NCBI GenBank assembly: GCA_964390045.1
Contig: CAYMGP010000001.1
Location: 28,748 to 92,747, forward strand
DNA: 64,000 nucleotides
Source of the DNA: an uncultured Spirochaetaceae bacterium
Lineage (GTDB): Bacteria; Spirochaetota; Spirochaetia; SZUA-6; DRHE01
Direction of reading: 5' to 3'
Position numbers and translations under genes: made by a program. The stretch's first letter is position 1. Each line of letters opens with the position of its first letter. Below are positions 8,666 to 18,143 of the stretch, in pieces. Under the pieces are notes generated by a model, which had not been told where the DNA came from, ran no database searches, and saw nothing but the letters and a program-made list of their open reading frames with translations.

Positions 8666-9643
8666 CTACACGGAATAGAGGGGCCGGCCTTTGCTCAGCA
8701 TTTCATAAACATTGCGGGCCGTTTTACTTTTCAGGTCGGCAATCGATTCCTCGGAGTACCATCCCGTATGCCGCGTCACGAAGACCCGCTCTGGATACTT
8801 CATCACTACGGAGTTTTCATACTCCCCATCGGGACAATCCAGCACGTCGAGGCCCGCCATGGCTACCTTTCCGCTTTCCAGGGCCCGGCTCAGGGCCCGT
8901 TCATCGACCAGACCTCCCCTCGACGTGTTGATCAGGATCACACCGTCTTTCATCTGTCTGAATTTCTCCTCATTGAGCAGGTGATGCGTCTGCTCGGTGT
9001 GCGGGGCATGAACGGAAACCACATCGGAGCGTTTCAGGAGCTCCTCGAGCTGTAAAAACTCGATCCACGGATAACGGGACCGGTCGCTGAAAAACGGATC
9101 GTAGGCCAGCAGCTGCACCCCGAAGGAGCGCAGCTTCTCCGCCACCCGCTTGGCAATATTGCCGAAGGCGATAAGCCCGACGCTCAGGCCGGCAAAGCGA
9201 TAGAGCGGGCGAATACCTTCGTAGGACCACCGGCCTTGGTGCAGCAGGTTGTTCGCCAGCGTTACTTTGCGCAGACAGTTGAACATATGGGCTATGGCAG
9301 TATCGGACACCTCCTCTATGCAGTAGTCGGGAACATTGGCCACCGCGATGCCTTTTTCCTTGGCGGCCTTGACATCGATGGTATCCACACCGATTGCGTA
9401 GCGGCTGATGATGCGGCAGCGCTGCAGACCTGCGATGACCTTTCTTGAGATTTTTGCGAACTGCACGATCATGGCGTCGGCGTCAACGCCGTGCTCCAGG
9501 ACCGCCTCTTCGCTCTTCACCCCTCCTTCTACTATCTGTGTGCAGTCTACGATCTCTACATCGCCCAGCGCGTTCAGGATTTCCCGTTCCCTATCGATGT
9601 TCGGATAGTAGTAATCTGTAAACACGATTTTGTATTCGGCCAA
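8666..9643 (-). CDS. D-isomer-specific 2-hydroxyacid dehydrogenase family protein (CtBP/PGDH-like)
   Basis: 325 aa. The NAD-binding GLIAFGNIAKRVAEKL segment and the catalytic region (LINTSRGGLVDERAL, HTGW) are typical of the D-2-hydroxyacid dehydrogenase family. Confidence 0.85.
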   Translation of the reverse strand: MAEYKIVFTDYYYPNIDREREILNALGDVEIVDCTQIVEGGVKSEEAVLEHGVDADAMIVQFAKISRKVIAGLQRCRIISRYAIGVDTIDVKAAKEKGIAVANVPDYCIEEVSDTAIAHMFNCLRKVTLANNLLHQGRWSYEGIRPLYRFAGLSVGLIAFGNIAKRVAEKLRSFGVQLLAYDPFFSDRSRYPWIEFLQLEELLKRSDVVSVHAPHTEQTHHLLNEEKFRQMKDGVILINTSRGGLVDERALSRALESGKVAMAGLDVLDCPDGEYENSVVMKYPERVFVTRHTGWYSEESIADLKSKTARNVYEMLSKGRPLYSV

Positions 9644-9657
9644 ACCGATACTCCTCT

Positions 9658-10689
9658 CTAGGCCAGCAGGCCAGCCCGCCTGGCCAGCTCGAGGGCTCCG
9701 CTGATGCTGAGATTGTCGACCTGCTCGTCGTCGCTGATCTTGAGAATCTCACCGCTGAAGCCGCGTTTCTCCCTGAACAGCCGTTCATAAATCGAGCATC
9801 TACGGTCATTTCCTATCAATACAAAATCTGTCTTCAACGGAAAGCCGAGCGTCTCGAACTGATCGAGAGATCTCAGGTCTTCGGAGGCGATGGCGCCTTC
9901 TACAAAGAGCTTTCTTTCGTACCAGTGGGTATCGAGCAGGGTGTCGAGGAAGCGCGGCATCAGCATGGAGCGTAAGAAACCGGATCCCATTACCCAGTCA
10001 TACGATGCATCGAGCACCTCCGGATCTAGATAGCCGCTGTCGTCGAAATCATCGCCGGGCTGGATCGACTTTCCAATAGAAGTCTGCTTGACGAGCGCTT
10101 CGTAAACCTGGCCCGACAGGGTGGTGACGCTCCCCAGAACCTTGCCCGCCCTATCCAGAGCTACAAACTTCGTGTGGGAAGAGAGCACCACCACGGTCAG
10201 GGGCAGTTTTGGCGAATGGCTGGCCAGCAAACCGGCCACCTGGACTTCCTCACCCCGCATGAAGTCCAACCTGCCGACATCCGGTATCCGGGCGCTCTCG
10301 GGATCGTAGCGGTTTTTGATCCCCCTGATGAAATAGATCGGGATGTCAACGGGGAAAACAGCCGGGTCCCTCACCTCGACCAGATTGGCGGCCAACTCCT
10401 CCAACCCGGCCGGCGCCCAAAGATGGGGTATCTCCATAAGGCCGATCTCCGATGTGATCATGCCTGAGGAAATGACGAAGCGAACATCGATTAGCTGCAA
10501 AGCGGCCTTCTGCAAAGCGGAGTAAAACGTCTCTTTCAACCCCTGTTTCAAGGTTTCATTGCTGCCGCTGATGGCCGTGTCACGCACCCCCACCTTTCTG
10601 GCAGCTTTGGCGACAGTTTCTCCCTTCTCGTTTACGATGTAGACCCGGGAGTTGGTTGTTCCGCAGTCGATGGTAGCCAGGTACATCAC
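9658..10689 (-). CDS. 2-dehydro-3-deoxygalactonokinase (DgoK)-family sugar-acid kinase
   Basis: 343 aa. The N-terminal IDCGTTNSRVY aligns with the DgoK IDWG(S/T)TNLRAW motif. The second motif (VISSGMITSEIGLMEIPHLWAPA) matches the DgoK MAGMVGSxxGWxxxPYxxxPA region. Overlaps the upstream aldolase gene by 4 bp. Confidence 0.6.
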   Translation of the reverse strand: MMYLATIDCGTTNSRVYIVNEKGETVAKAARKVGVRDTAISGSNETLKQGLKETFYSALQKAALQLIDVRFVISSGMITSEIGLMEIPHLWAPAGLEELAANLVEVRDPAVFPVDIPIYFIRGIKNRYDPESARIPDVGRLDFMRGEEVQVAGLLASHSPKLPLTVVVLSSHTKFVALDRAGKVLGSVTTLSGQVYEALVKQTSIGKSIQPGDDFDDSGYLDPEVLDASYDWVMGSGFLRSMLMPRFLDTLLDTHWYERKLFVEGAIASEDLRSLDQFETLGFPLKTDFVLIGNDRRCSIYERLFREKRGFSGEILKISDDEQVDNLSISGALELARRAGLLA

Positions 10690-11573
10690 AGCACGTGCAA
10701 TTCTTCCAGCGCCCGTTTGATCTGGTCTTTTTCCTGCTTGCCAGCGGGAACGAAAGGAGATCGCGGGAAGGCCGAGATCACGCCGCGAATCTCGAGCATG
10801 GCGTAGACGGCCAGTTGGGTCGAACGGGCCAGATACATGACATCCCGCATCCTGTTGACCTTGAACTGTGTTTTTCTACAGGCTTCGAGATCCCCATCCA
10901 TCCCCTCTTTCCACATCTGTCCGCAGATCTCGGGGAAAGCGTTTCCCAGTCCGGGGATGTACGCTTCACCGCCCAGGGCCCGGGCTGACAGCCACATCGA
11001 TTCGGTGCCAAGGACGATATCCATGCCCTCGGCTGCCAGCTCCCGCATGTAGGTGGCGAAGGTCAGAATATCGAAGGTGGCGTCTTTGACGCCGTGGAGT
11101 CCCTTTTCACGCAGCTTCCTGATTGTCTGCAGCGCTATCGGATACCCGGAGAACTTCGGATTGTGATAGAGATATACAGGGTAGCCCTTGGGCACCGCCT
11201 CGAGCATGGCTCCGTAGAAAGCGAGCAGGGAATCCGCGTTGTGATGAAAGTAATACGGTCCCACAGCGGCTACGCCTTCACAGCCGATCGACTCGGCATG
11301 CCGGCACAACTCCACCGTATCCCGGGTATTTGTCGTACCCGCATGGGCGATGATCGGGATCTTTCCGTTTACAACCTTTACCGCCACTTCCGCCACCTGC
11401 TTGCGCTCCTGTACGTTCATCAAAGGACCGCTGCCGTAGGAACCGCAGATGTACAGGCCGTTTACCCGACCTTTCAAAAAATCGAGGAGTTTTTCCAAGT
11501 TGTGGATGTCTACATTACCCTCTTCATCGAAGGGGGTAATCATCGGTGGTACAACTCCTTTGAGCTTAAACAT
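10686..11573 (-). CDS. DHDPS/NAL-family aldolase (paralog A)
   Basis: 295 aa (MFKLKGVVPPMITPFDEEGNVD, GLYICGSYGSGP). Roughly 75% identical by eye to the ORF at 53930-54817. Confidence 0.85.
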   Translation of the reverse strand: MFKLKGVVPPMITPFDEEGNVDIHNLEKLLDFLKGRVNGLYICGSYGSGPLMNVQERKQVAEVAVKVVNGKIPIIAHAGTTNTRDTVELCRHAESIGCEGVAAVGPYYFHHNADSLLAFYGAMLEAVPKGYPVYLYHNPKFSGYPIALQTIRKLREKGLHGVKDATFDILTFATYMRELAAEGMDIVLGTESMWLSARALGGEAYIPGLGNAFPEICGQMWKEGMDGDLEACRKTQFKVNRMRDVMYLARSTQLAVYAMLEIRGVISAFPRSPFVPAGKQEKDQIKRALEELHVL

Positions 11574-11588
11574 GTAGTTTTCCTATCT

Positions 11589-12572
11589 TCAAGTTTTTCT
11601 TCCTTTCTTGCTGAAATAGATGCTGATCATGATAAGAATGATGACCCCGTTAGCGATGCGCCGGCCCGCCTCGGGCATCTTCATTACCGTGAGTATGCTC
11701 TCGAGCAGGACCAGGATCACTGCACCGGCGATCGTGCCGAGGTAGCCTCCCTTGCCTCCTGTCAGGGCGGTGCCCCCGATCACCACGGCTGTGATCGACC
11801 AGAGGGTGTACTCATTGCCGATGCCAAGGAACGCTGTGTGGGTGTATCCGGCCATCAGAGCGCCCGTCAACGCAGCGGTAGCTCCACTGATTGTATAAGC
11901 GAGGGTTTTTACACCCTTGACCCTTATACCTGACATGAAGGCCGCCCTCTCATTGGCTCCGACGTAGTACAGCTTCCTGCCGAAAACGCTGGACCTGAGA
12001 AAGATAATTACAAATATCCCCAGTACGAGCCAGATGAGCACCACGATAGGGATACCGAAAAGAACGGTTCCCACGGAGATGTAGCGCAGGATTGGGGAGG
12101 CGAGTCCCTTCGGAGCTCCCTGGCTGAATATGAGGGTCAAGCCCGTGACGAGCGATCCCACGGCAAGGGTCATGACGAGGGGCGAAATCTTCAGATGGGT
12201 CACGCCCAAACCGCTGAGGGTCCCGAAGAGCGCGCCTAAGGCCACGATAACCACCAGGACCCAAAACGTGTTCTCATTGAGACCGTTCATGAACATACAG
12301 GTGAATACATTTCCTGCAGTAATCAGCGGTCCGACGGACAAGTCGATTCCCGCCGCTAAAATGACGACGGTCTGGCCGATGGAAACGATGCCCAGAAACG
12401 AGGCTGTCCGCAGTACCGCGCCGACATGGTCGAAAGCCAAGAACCCGCTGGAAACGATCTCGCCGAATACAAACAAAGCGATGATCAAACCAAAGAGCAA
12501 CGCAATGATCTTATCTCCCAGAATTATGCCTACGCGATCCCAAATGCCCGTGCTGTTTCTCGTTTTCATCAT
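11589..12572 (-). CDS. ribose/monosaccharide-type ABC transporter permease
   Basis: 327 aa. Multi-pass hydrophobic protein with the RbsC/BPD family 2 signature (GIDLSVGP, GGTALTGGKGGYLG). Confidence 0.85.
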   Translation of the reverse strand: MMKTRNSTGIWDRVGIILGDKIIALLFGLIIALFVFGEIVSSGFLAFDHVGAVLRTASFLGIVSIGQTVVILAAGIDLSVGPLITAGNVFTCMFMNGLNENTFWVLVVIVALGALFGTLSGLGVTHLKISPLVMTLAVGSLVTGLTLIFSQGAPKGLASPILRYISVGTVLFGIPIVVLIWLVLGIFVIIFLRSSVFGRKLYYVGANERAAFMSGIRVKGVKTLAYTISGATAALTGALMAGYTHTAFLGIGNEYTLWSITAVVIGGTALTGGKGGYLGTIAGAVILVLLESILTVMKMPEAGRRIANGVIILIMISIYFSKKGRKT

Positions 12573-13576
12573 GCCTTTCCCCGTCCTGCACGAAGCTTGT
12601 TTGGCAACAGATAACGCCGCAGTACCTCCCTGACATCCAACCCTCCGCTGCTAGAGGTAATCGCCAGAGCGATGATCAGCACCAGTCCTTTGGCCACGTA
12701 CTGATAGAAGGTGGATATGGCGAGCAGATTCAAGATATTGTTGAGAAGGTGAAAGATATAGGCGCCGCCGATGATGCCTACAACACCACCGCGGCCGCCG
12801 ATCAGGCTGGTACCTGCTATTACAGATACCGCGATCGAGTTCAGAATGTACGGATCGCCAACAAGGGGATCTCCCGAATACATCCAGGCGGAAAGGAACA
12901 TCCCGGCAAAGGCACCCAACAGGCCACTGCAGCTGTAGACCCATATCTTCACCTTCTGTCCGGGAATGCCCGATTCGTAGGCGATCTCCTCGTTTCCCCC
13001 TATAGCGTAGATCGAACGTCCGAAGGCGCTGCGCTTCAATAGAAGATGAAAAACGACCACGAATCCCAAAAAGATAATGAGAGGCGCCGGCACAACTTTG
13101 AAGAGGTTTCCCGTCACCCCGAGAGCCACACCGAGCGAGACGCTTCCCCCCGGCACGGGAAGGATAAACAGGCTGAGTCCCTTCCAGATGGCGCCCGTGG
13201 CCAGAGTCACGATAAGAGGGGGGAAACCTCCCTTGGCGATTATGAATCCATTGGCCAGACCCAGAGCCAGACCGGCCGCCGGCGGTATCAGCAGCCAGAG
13301 GAAGATGTTCGGGACCTTATCCACCCACGGCAGGCTGACGGCGATCACATTGGTTAAGCCGATGATGCCCCCGATGGACAGGTCTATGCCGCCTGTAAGG
13401 ATGACCAGGGTCTGGGCGATTCCCGCAATGATGAGCGGAGTAATGCGGGTGAAAAGATTTACATTATTGTTCCAGGTGAAAAAGCTCGGTTCGATGAAGC
13501 AGGCAATCACATAGATCAGCACAAATATTGCGTAAACCGGCAGGTACATTCCCCAGCTGCGTTGTCTCTCGGTCAT
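12569..13576 (-). CDS. ribose/monosaccharide-type ABC transporter permease
   Basis: 335 aa (GGIDLSIGG, GGRGGVVGIIGGA). Its stop overlaps the next gene by 4 bp. Confidence 0.85.
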   Translation of the reverse strand: MTERQRSWGMYLPVYAIFVLIYVIACFIEPSFFTWNNNVNLFTRITPLIIAGIAQTLVILTGGIDLSIGGIIGLTNVIAVSLPWVDKVPNIFLWLLIPPAAGLALGLANGFIIAKGGFPPLIVTLATGAIWKGLSLFILPVPGGSVSLGVALGVTGNLFKVVPAPLIIFLGFVVVFHLLLKRSAFGRSIYAIGGNEEIAYESGIPGQKVKIWVYSCSGLLGAFAGMFLSAWMYSGDPLVGDPYILNSIAVSVIAGTSLIGGRGGVVGIIGGAYIFHLLNNILNLLAISTFYQYVAKGLVLIIALAITSSSGGLDVREVLRRYLLPNKLRAGRGKA

Positions 13577-15108
13577 GCTTGGCCCTCCTTCGTGAGCAGG
13601 TCGACGTTGCTCACAGAGGCTTTCATGATGTTCTCCTCGGTGATTTGCCCTACCTTCAGCTCGGCTGTCAGGTAACCGTGATTCATGATCAGCACCCGAT
13701 TGCAGAGCCCGATCAGCTCCAGCATGTCACTGGTGTTAAGGATTACAGCGACTCCCGCATCGGCCAGCCTGCGGATCAGTACGTAGATCTGCTGTTTCGT
13801 AGCTACATCGACCCCTTTCGTCGGTTCGAGCATCACAATTACTTTAGGATCGAATACCAGCCATTTACCGATTACCAGTTTTTGCATGTTGCCGCCGCTC
13901 AGTGACTGAGCCGTCTGCCTGGTAGAGGTGACGCGGATCGAAAGGTTATCGACGATATTGTCAATTTCCTCCCTCTCTTCTTTTTTCTTCACCCAACCGA
14001 ATTTCTTCCGTCTGTCGATCGTCGGCGCGGAAAGATTCTCGAGAGCCGAGAGGATAAGAAAAACTCCCTCCTCGCCACGGTTTTCGGGAATCAAGCCGAT
14101 ACCGGCTTTCATTGCTTGAATCGGATTCCTGGCATAGACCGGCCTGCCCAGCACCTCCATTTCCAGACGATCACAGCCTCCCAGACCGAAGATCGATTCC
14201 AGAAGCTCGAACTGGCCCTGACCCTGCAACCCTCCGATTCCCAGCACTTCACCCTTATAAAGGTTAAAGGCCACCTCGTGCTGCGAGCGTTTCAAGACTC
14301 CCGAGTATTCGAAAATCCTTTCTTTTTCACTTGGTGAGGGCTTCTCTGGAAATATTTCTGAAAAATCTCTTCCCACCATCGAAGAAATCAGTTTATCCTC
14401 TGTGAAATCGCTCGCCTTTTCCGTTGTAACCCGGCCGCCGTCTTTCATGACCGTGATTCTGTCTGAAACCTTGAGAACCTCGTCGAGACGATGGGAGATA
14501 AAAACTACAGCTTTACCCTGCTTCTTCAAGTCTTCAAGGATTCTGAATAGGAGCGCTACCTCGTCTTTCGAGAGCGGTGCGGTCGGTTCGTCGAATATGA
14601 TCAGATCGGGATCTTCGGAAAGAACTTTGGCGATTTCCACCATCTGCCTCTGGGCCATTGGAAGCGAGCTCACCAGGATGTCCGATCCGATCTCGACTCC
14701 AATCTCGGTGAGGATCTCCCGACACTTACGTCTCGTCTCATCCCAATCAATCAAACCGAGCGATTTTTTGGGCCAGACCCCCATCGAGATGTTCTCCGCA
14801 ACTGTCAACTCGGGCAGAAGTGACAGCTCCTGGTAGACCACCCCGATCCCTGCGTTGCGTGCGTCCGCGTAGTTGCGAAATTTCTTTTCCTCACTGCGAA
14901 TGAGTATCTTCCCGCTGTCCGGGGTGTGGACACCGGCAATCACTTTTATCAATGTGCTCTTGCCGGCGCCATTTTCACCTACCAGACCATGCACCTCGCC
15001 ACCCCGGCACTGAAAATCCACCCGATCTACGGCCAGGGTACCTGGAAAAGACTTGACGATTTCCCGTGCCTCTAAAAGGGGTGCGGAGGCATTTGCCGTT
15101 TCAAGCAT
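13573..15108 (-). CDS. sugar ABC transporter ATP-binding protein (two fused ABC domains, RbsA/MglA-like)
   Basis: 511 aa. Two Walker A/signature sets (GENGAGKSTL ... LSGGNMQK) are present. Confidence 0.9.
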   Translation of the reverse strand: MLETANASAPLLEAREIVKSFPGTLAVDRVDFQCRGGEVHGLVGENGAGKSTLIKVIAGVHTPDSGKILIRSEEKKFRNYADARNAGIGVVYQELSLLPELTVAENISMGVWPKKSLGLIDWDETRRKCREILTEIGVEIGSDILVSSLPMAQRQMVEIAKVLSEDPDLIIFDEPTAPLSKDEVALLFRILEDLKKQGKAVVFISHRLDEVLKVSDRITVMKDGGRVTTEKASDFTEDKLISSMVGRDFSEIFPEKPSPSEKERIFEYSGVLKRSQHEVAFNLYKGEVLGIGGLQGQGQFELLESIFGLGGCDRLEMEVLGRPVYARNPIQAMKAGIGLIPENRGEEGVFLILSALENLSAPTIDRRKKFGWVKKKEEREEIDNIVDNLSIRVTSTRQTAQSLSGGNMQKLVIGKWLVFDPKVIVMLEPTKGVDVATKQQIYVLIRRLADAGVAVILNTSDMLELIGLCNRVLIMNHGYLTAELKVGQITEENIMKASVSNVDLLTKEGQA

Positions 15109-15171
15109 GCATCCTCCTAACCTATCGATGGGGGAGGAGATTTTCTCCTCCCCCCTAAATATCCGGTGCTC

Positions 15172-16197
15172 TCAGCGCTCGAACATCTTTTTGACCCGGT
15201 CCTCGGGAAGCTTGGAGTTGCACCAGAAGCTGTCGGGAAGATCCGGCTTCACGTACTGAGCGAGAGTATCAGATGTGATGGTCGGAATGGGAATGAACAC
15301 CTCTTTGTCCACCGACTTTCCCTCAAGTGCATCAAGGGCCACTTCCATGGCCTTGGCGCTGCACCACGTAGGCATACTGGTCGAGATGGAGTCCCAACCC
15401 GGACACGTATCCTGGGTTTCCTGCCAGATCTTCAAGAAACCATTGCCGTCCTCACCCGTGACGGGCGGAGGGCACTCGCCTCTTTCCAGATAAGCCTCCA
15501 CAACGGCCTCGGACATGGCACCGCCCTGCGACCAGACTCCGGCGATCGTCGGGTAAGCTGCCAGAAGGTTCTCCATCGCTCTCTTGGCTTTGGCGTAGTC
15601 CCAATCGGCGTACACCGTCTGAATGATGTTCACATCGGGATACCTGTCGAAAACGTTCTTGGCGCCTTCGAAACGCTCGGCACTGATGGCCGTTCCTTTC
15701 ATGCCGTTGAAAGCGATGATATCGCCTTTTCCACCCAGCACCTTCACCAACCATTCACCCTGAACGCGGCCGAACTCTTTCTGGTCCACGATTACGTGGG
15801 CGGTGACATTGTCCGTGTAGACAAGATTGTCGAAGTCGACGACCACGATTCCAGCGCTCATCGCTTTGCCCACTACGGGTACAAGAGCCTTGGGATTGGC
15901 TGCGGTTATCAGGATGGCGTCGACCTTCTTGGCGATAAGGTCTTCGATATCCGCGATCTGTTTTTCCACGGAGCCCTCCGCTTCGGTAACGATCAGCTCC
16001 CGGACAAGATCCGAATGCTGCTCTGCGCCGTACTTCGCCTCTTCGACCATTTGTACGCGCCAGGAGTTGCCCAGGCTGAAATTGCTCAGGCCTATGACAT
16101 ACCCTCCTGCTTCTGCTCCCTCCTGCTCGCCGACGGCCATTCCAAAACCGGCGGCTACGAGGAGCAGGGCAAGTCCGATTAAGATTCTCTTAATCAT
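15172..16197 (-). CDS. periplasmic sugar-binding protein (RbsB-like substrate-binding protein)
   Basis: 341 aa. N-terminal signal peptide (MIKRILIGLALLLVAAGFGMA) and a type I periplasmic binding fold. Confidence 0.85.
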   Translation of the reverse strand: MIKRILIGLALLLVAAGFGMAVGEQEGAEAGGYVIGLSNFSLGNSWRVQMVEEAKYGAEQHSDLVRELIVTEAEGSVEKQIADIEDLIAKKVDAILITAANPKALVPVVGKAMSAGIVVVDFDNLVYTDNVTAHVIVDQKEFGRVQGEWLVKVLGGKGDIIAFNGMKGTAISAERFEGAKNVFDRYPDVNIIQTVYADWDYAKAKRAMENLLAAYPTIAGVWSQGGAMSEAVVEAYLERGECPPPVTGEDGNGFLKIWQETQDTCPGWDSISTSMPTWCSAKAMEVALDALEGKSVDKEVFIPIPTITSDTLAQYVKPDLPDSFWCNSKLPEDRVKKMFER

Positions 16198-16263
16198 AGC
16201 GACCTCCTCTAAAATTTTTTCTGTTCCCGACGGAAACAGGGTTTTCCATTTGCCTTTTTGCCT

Positions 16264-16929
16264 TCACAGGTTTTCTATATCGGGAAAGGCTACCGCCCGA
16301 CAGGGTGCGCCCTCTCTTCCTCCAAGTTTTATGGGAAACGCACTGATCAAAAAATAGCGATCCTCGGGAAGCAGCGACAGATTGCACAGGTTCTCCACCA
16401 GCGGCACATCGGCGCCTAACAGGAGGTGGTGTTTTTCACTGTTCTTTGTCGCTACCGGATCGATCGCCGGCGCATCCGTCATATAGCAGCGGATCTTCCG
16501 GTCGATGAGCCACTGCAGCAGTTCTTCGCTGGGGACCGGAAAACGCTTGTTGTACTCAGCCGTTTCGGCGTAGCGTTCGATTCCCGTAGCCAGCACAAAG
16601 ATTGTGTCTTCCTCCAGATCGAATCCGCTTTCAAGCACTTCATCAAGCTGTATTTCCTGGCCATGGAGATCCCGCCCAAAGCGAAAAACTCTGGCCCGGC
16701 CGAAGAACCTCTCGATCGCCACTTCATCGATCGTGGACATTTCATCCTTGAAGTGCTTCGGAGCATCCACATGGGTTCCCGTATGCACCATCATCGTGAA
16801 CTTGGTCAGGTTTGCTCCTTCGGAGTTCGCCCTGTACACCCACTGGAACACGGGTCTCTCCATACCCGGATACACGACCATGTCCCCGCTGATTCTATAC
16901 GACAGATCCACCATCCTATGCTGCTTCAT
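16264..16929 (-). CDS. cyclase-family protein (kynurenine formamidase-like metal hydrolase, PF04199-type)
   Basis: 221 aa. Carries the diagnostic HTGTHVDAPKH motif. Confidence 0.75.
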   Translation of the reverse strand: MKQHRMVDLSYRISGDMVVYPGMERPVFQWVYRANSEGANLTKFTMMVHTGTHVDAPKHFKDEMSTIDEVAIERFFGRARVFRFGRDLHGQEIQLDEVLESGFDLEEDTIFVLATGIERYAETAEYNKRFPVPSEELLQWLIDRKIRCYMTDAPAIDPVATKNSEKHHLLLGADVPLVENLCNLSLLPEDRYFLISAFPIKLGGREGAPCRAVAFPDIENL

Positions 16930-18143
16930 TTCCAGCCTTCGCTTTCGGTAATCTTACAGGTTTTGAGCACGACGTCCGGTATCGCCGGTCCCGGACAGCA
17001 TCCGGGGATATGCACGGTTCGCCGATCCTGCTGAAAGGTTTTCGGCGTACAGTCGCCGATTACAAAATAAGGTCCCTGCTCGAGATGCTTTTCGAAATTG
17101 AGGTCCACTGCATTGAAGCCCAACATGAACGTTGGCCTGCCTACATTGTCGTTGATCCTCTCCCATATGCCGTCTCTCTGCCAAAACAGGGCCGGTCCCA
17201 TGAACCAGGCAAAACAACCCTCGCACATACCGCCCAGTACGATGTTGCAGGGAAAGCGGTTGTAGAGAACCTCGAGCGGTTTCTCCACCTCGATGGCCAG
17301 TCTCTCTATGGAAGGTCCGAGCACCTGGATCTTGTTTCTATTGATTTCCCCGACACCTTCCAGATGAGCCGTCCATGGAAAAACCAGATCTCCCTTGTGT
17401 ATATGCAGAAGATCCGCTGCAATAGAATCGAGCGCAACGGGATCGTTGGAAGAAAGCAGAACTCCGAGATAGCGCGGACGGGAAAGGTCCGGACCGTCAC
17501 CCTCGCCGACGATCACCGCGTCACCGAAGCACAGCTGCTCGGGCATAGCCCGATGCAGCTCCGCTACCAATTTTGGCAATCGGGTTTGGTGGTGCTGCAG
17601 CCTCAGGTCCTGCGAAAGAAACCCCACCCAGTTCTTCACGCAGCAGGTCATCGAGCCGATTCTGTGGGTTTTCAAGCGCGCGAAGTTGATAAGAAAATCC
17701 GCTTCCATCGCCTTGCGCGGAACGGTCAGACTGCGCACTATATCGCTTTCCGGGAGCTCGAGGACCATCCGCTGCCCCTCGGCATCGATATCGACGAGGA
17801 TACCCCCGGCTTCGGACACCGCTTTGTCCATACCCGCTGCCTGAAACGTTTCCCGCGATCTCATATACCCGGCAGAGGAATCACCTACGTAAACCTTGTC
17901 GACACCGCGCTCGAGCAGAATCTCGATCAGGGCGGCGACAAATCTCGGCTCGGTGGTGATGCTTTCTCTCGCCGTAGCCCCGATTACCACGTTCGGCTTC
18001 AAGAAAACAACGCCCCCGGATGGAATCGAGACGCCCGTTTTCTCCAGCTTCTCCAGAGAGCTTCTCACCATAACGGCGAAATCAACCTCACCGTATTCAG
18101 CTGTTTGCGCTTTGCTGATGCAGACGATGGGTTCTGCTTTCAT
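16926..18143 (-). CDS. DUF362 domain-containing protein
   Basis: DUF362 signature segments FLKPNVVIGATARESITTEPRFV and INFARLKTHRIGSMTCCVKNWVG. The start is taken at the ATG at 18141-18143 (MKAEPIV...), which forms an ATGA overlap with the stop of the upstream cyclase. The ORF-track start at 18188 would overlap the cyclase by 49 bp. Confidence 0.6.
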   Translation of the reverse strand: MKAEPIVCISKAQTAEYGEVDFAVMVRSSLEKLEKTGVSIPSGGVVFLKPNVVIGATARESITTEPRFVAALIEILLERGVDKVYVGDSSAGYMRSRETFQAAGMDKAVSEAGGILVDIDAEGQRMVLELPESDIVRSLTVPRKAMEADFLINFARLKTHRIGSMTCCVKNWVGFLSQDLRLQHHQTRLPKLVAELHRAMPEQLCFGDAVIVGEGDGPDLSRPRYLGVLLSSNDPVALDSIAADLLHIHKGDLVFPWTAHLEGVGEINRNKIQVLGPSIERLAIEVEKPLEVLYNRFPCNIVLGGMCEGCFAWFMGPALFWQRDGIWERINDNVGRPTFMLGFNAVDLNFEKHLEQGPYFVIGDCTPKTFQQDRRTVHIPGCCPGPAIPDVVLKTCKITESEGWK

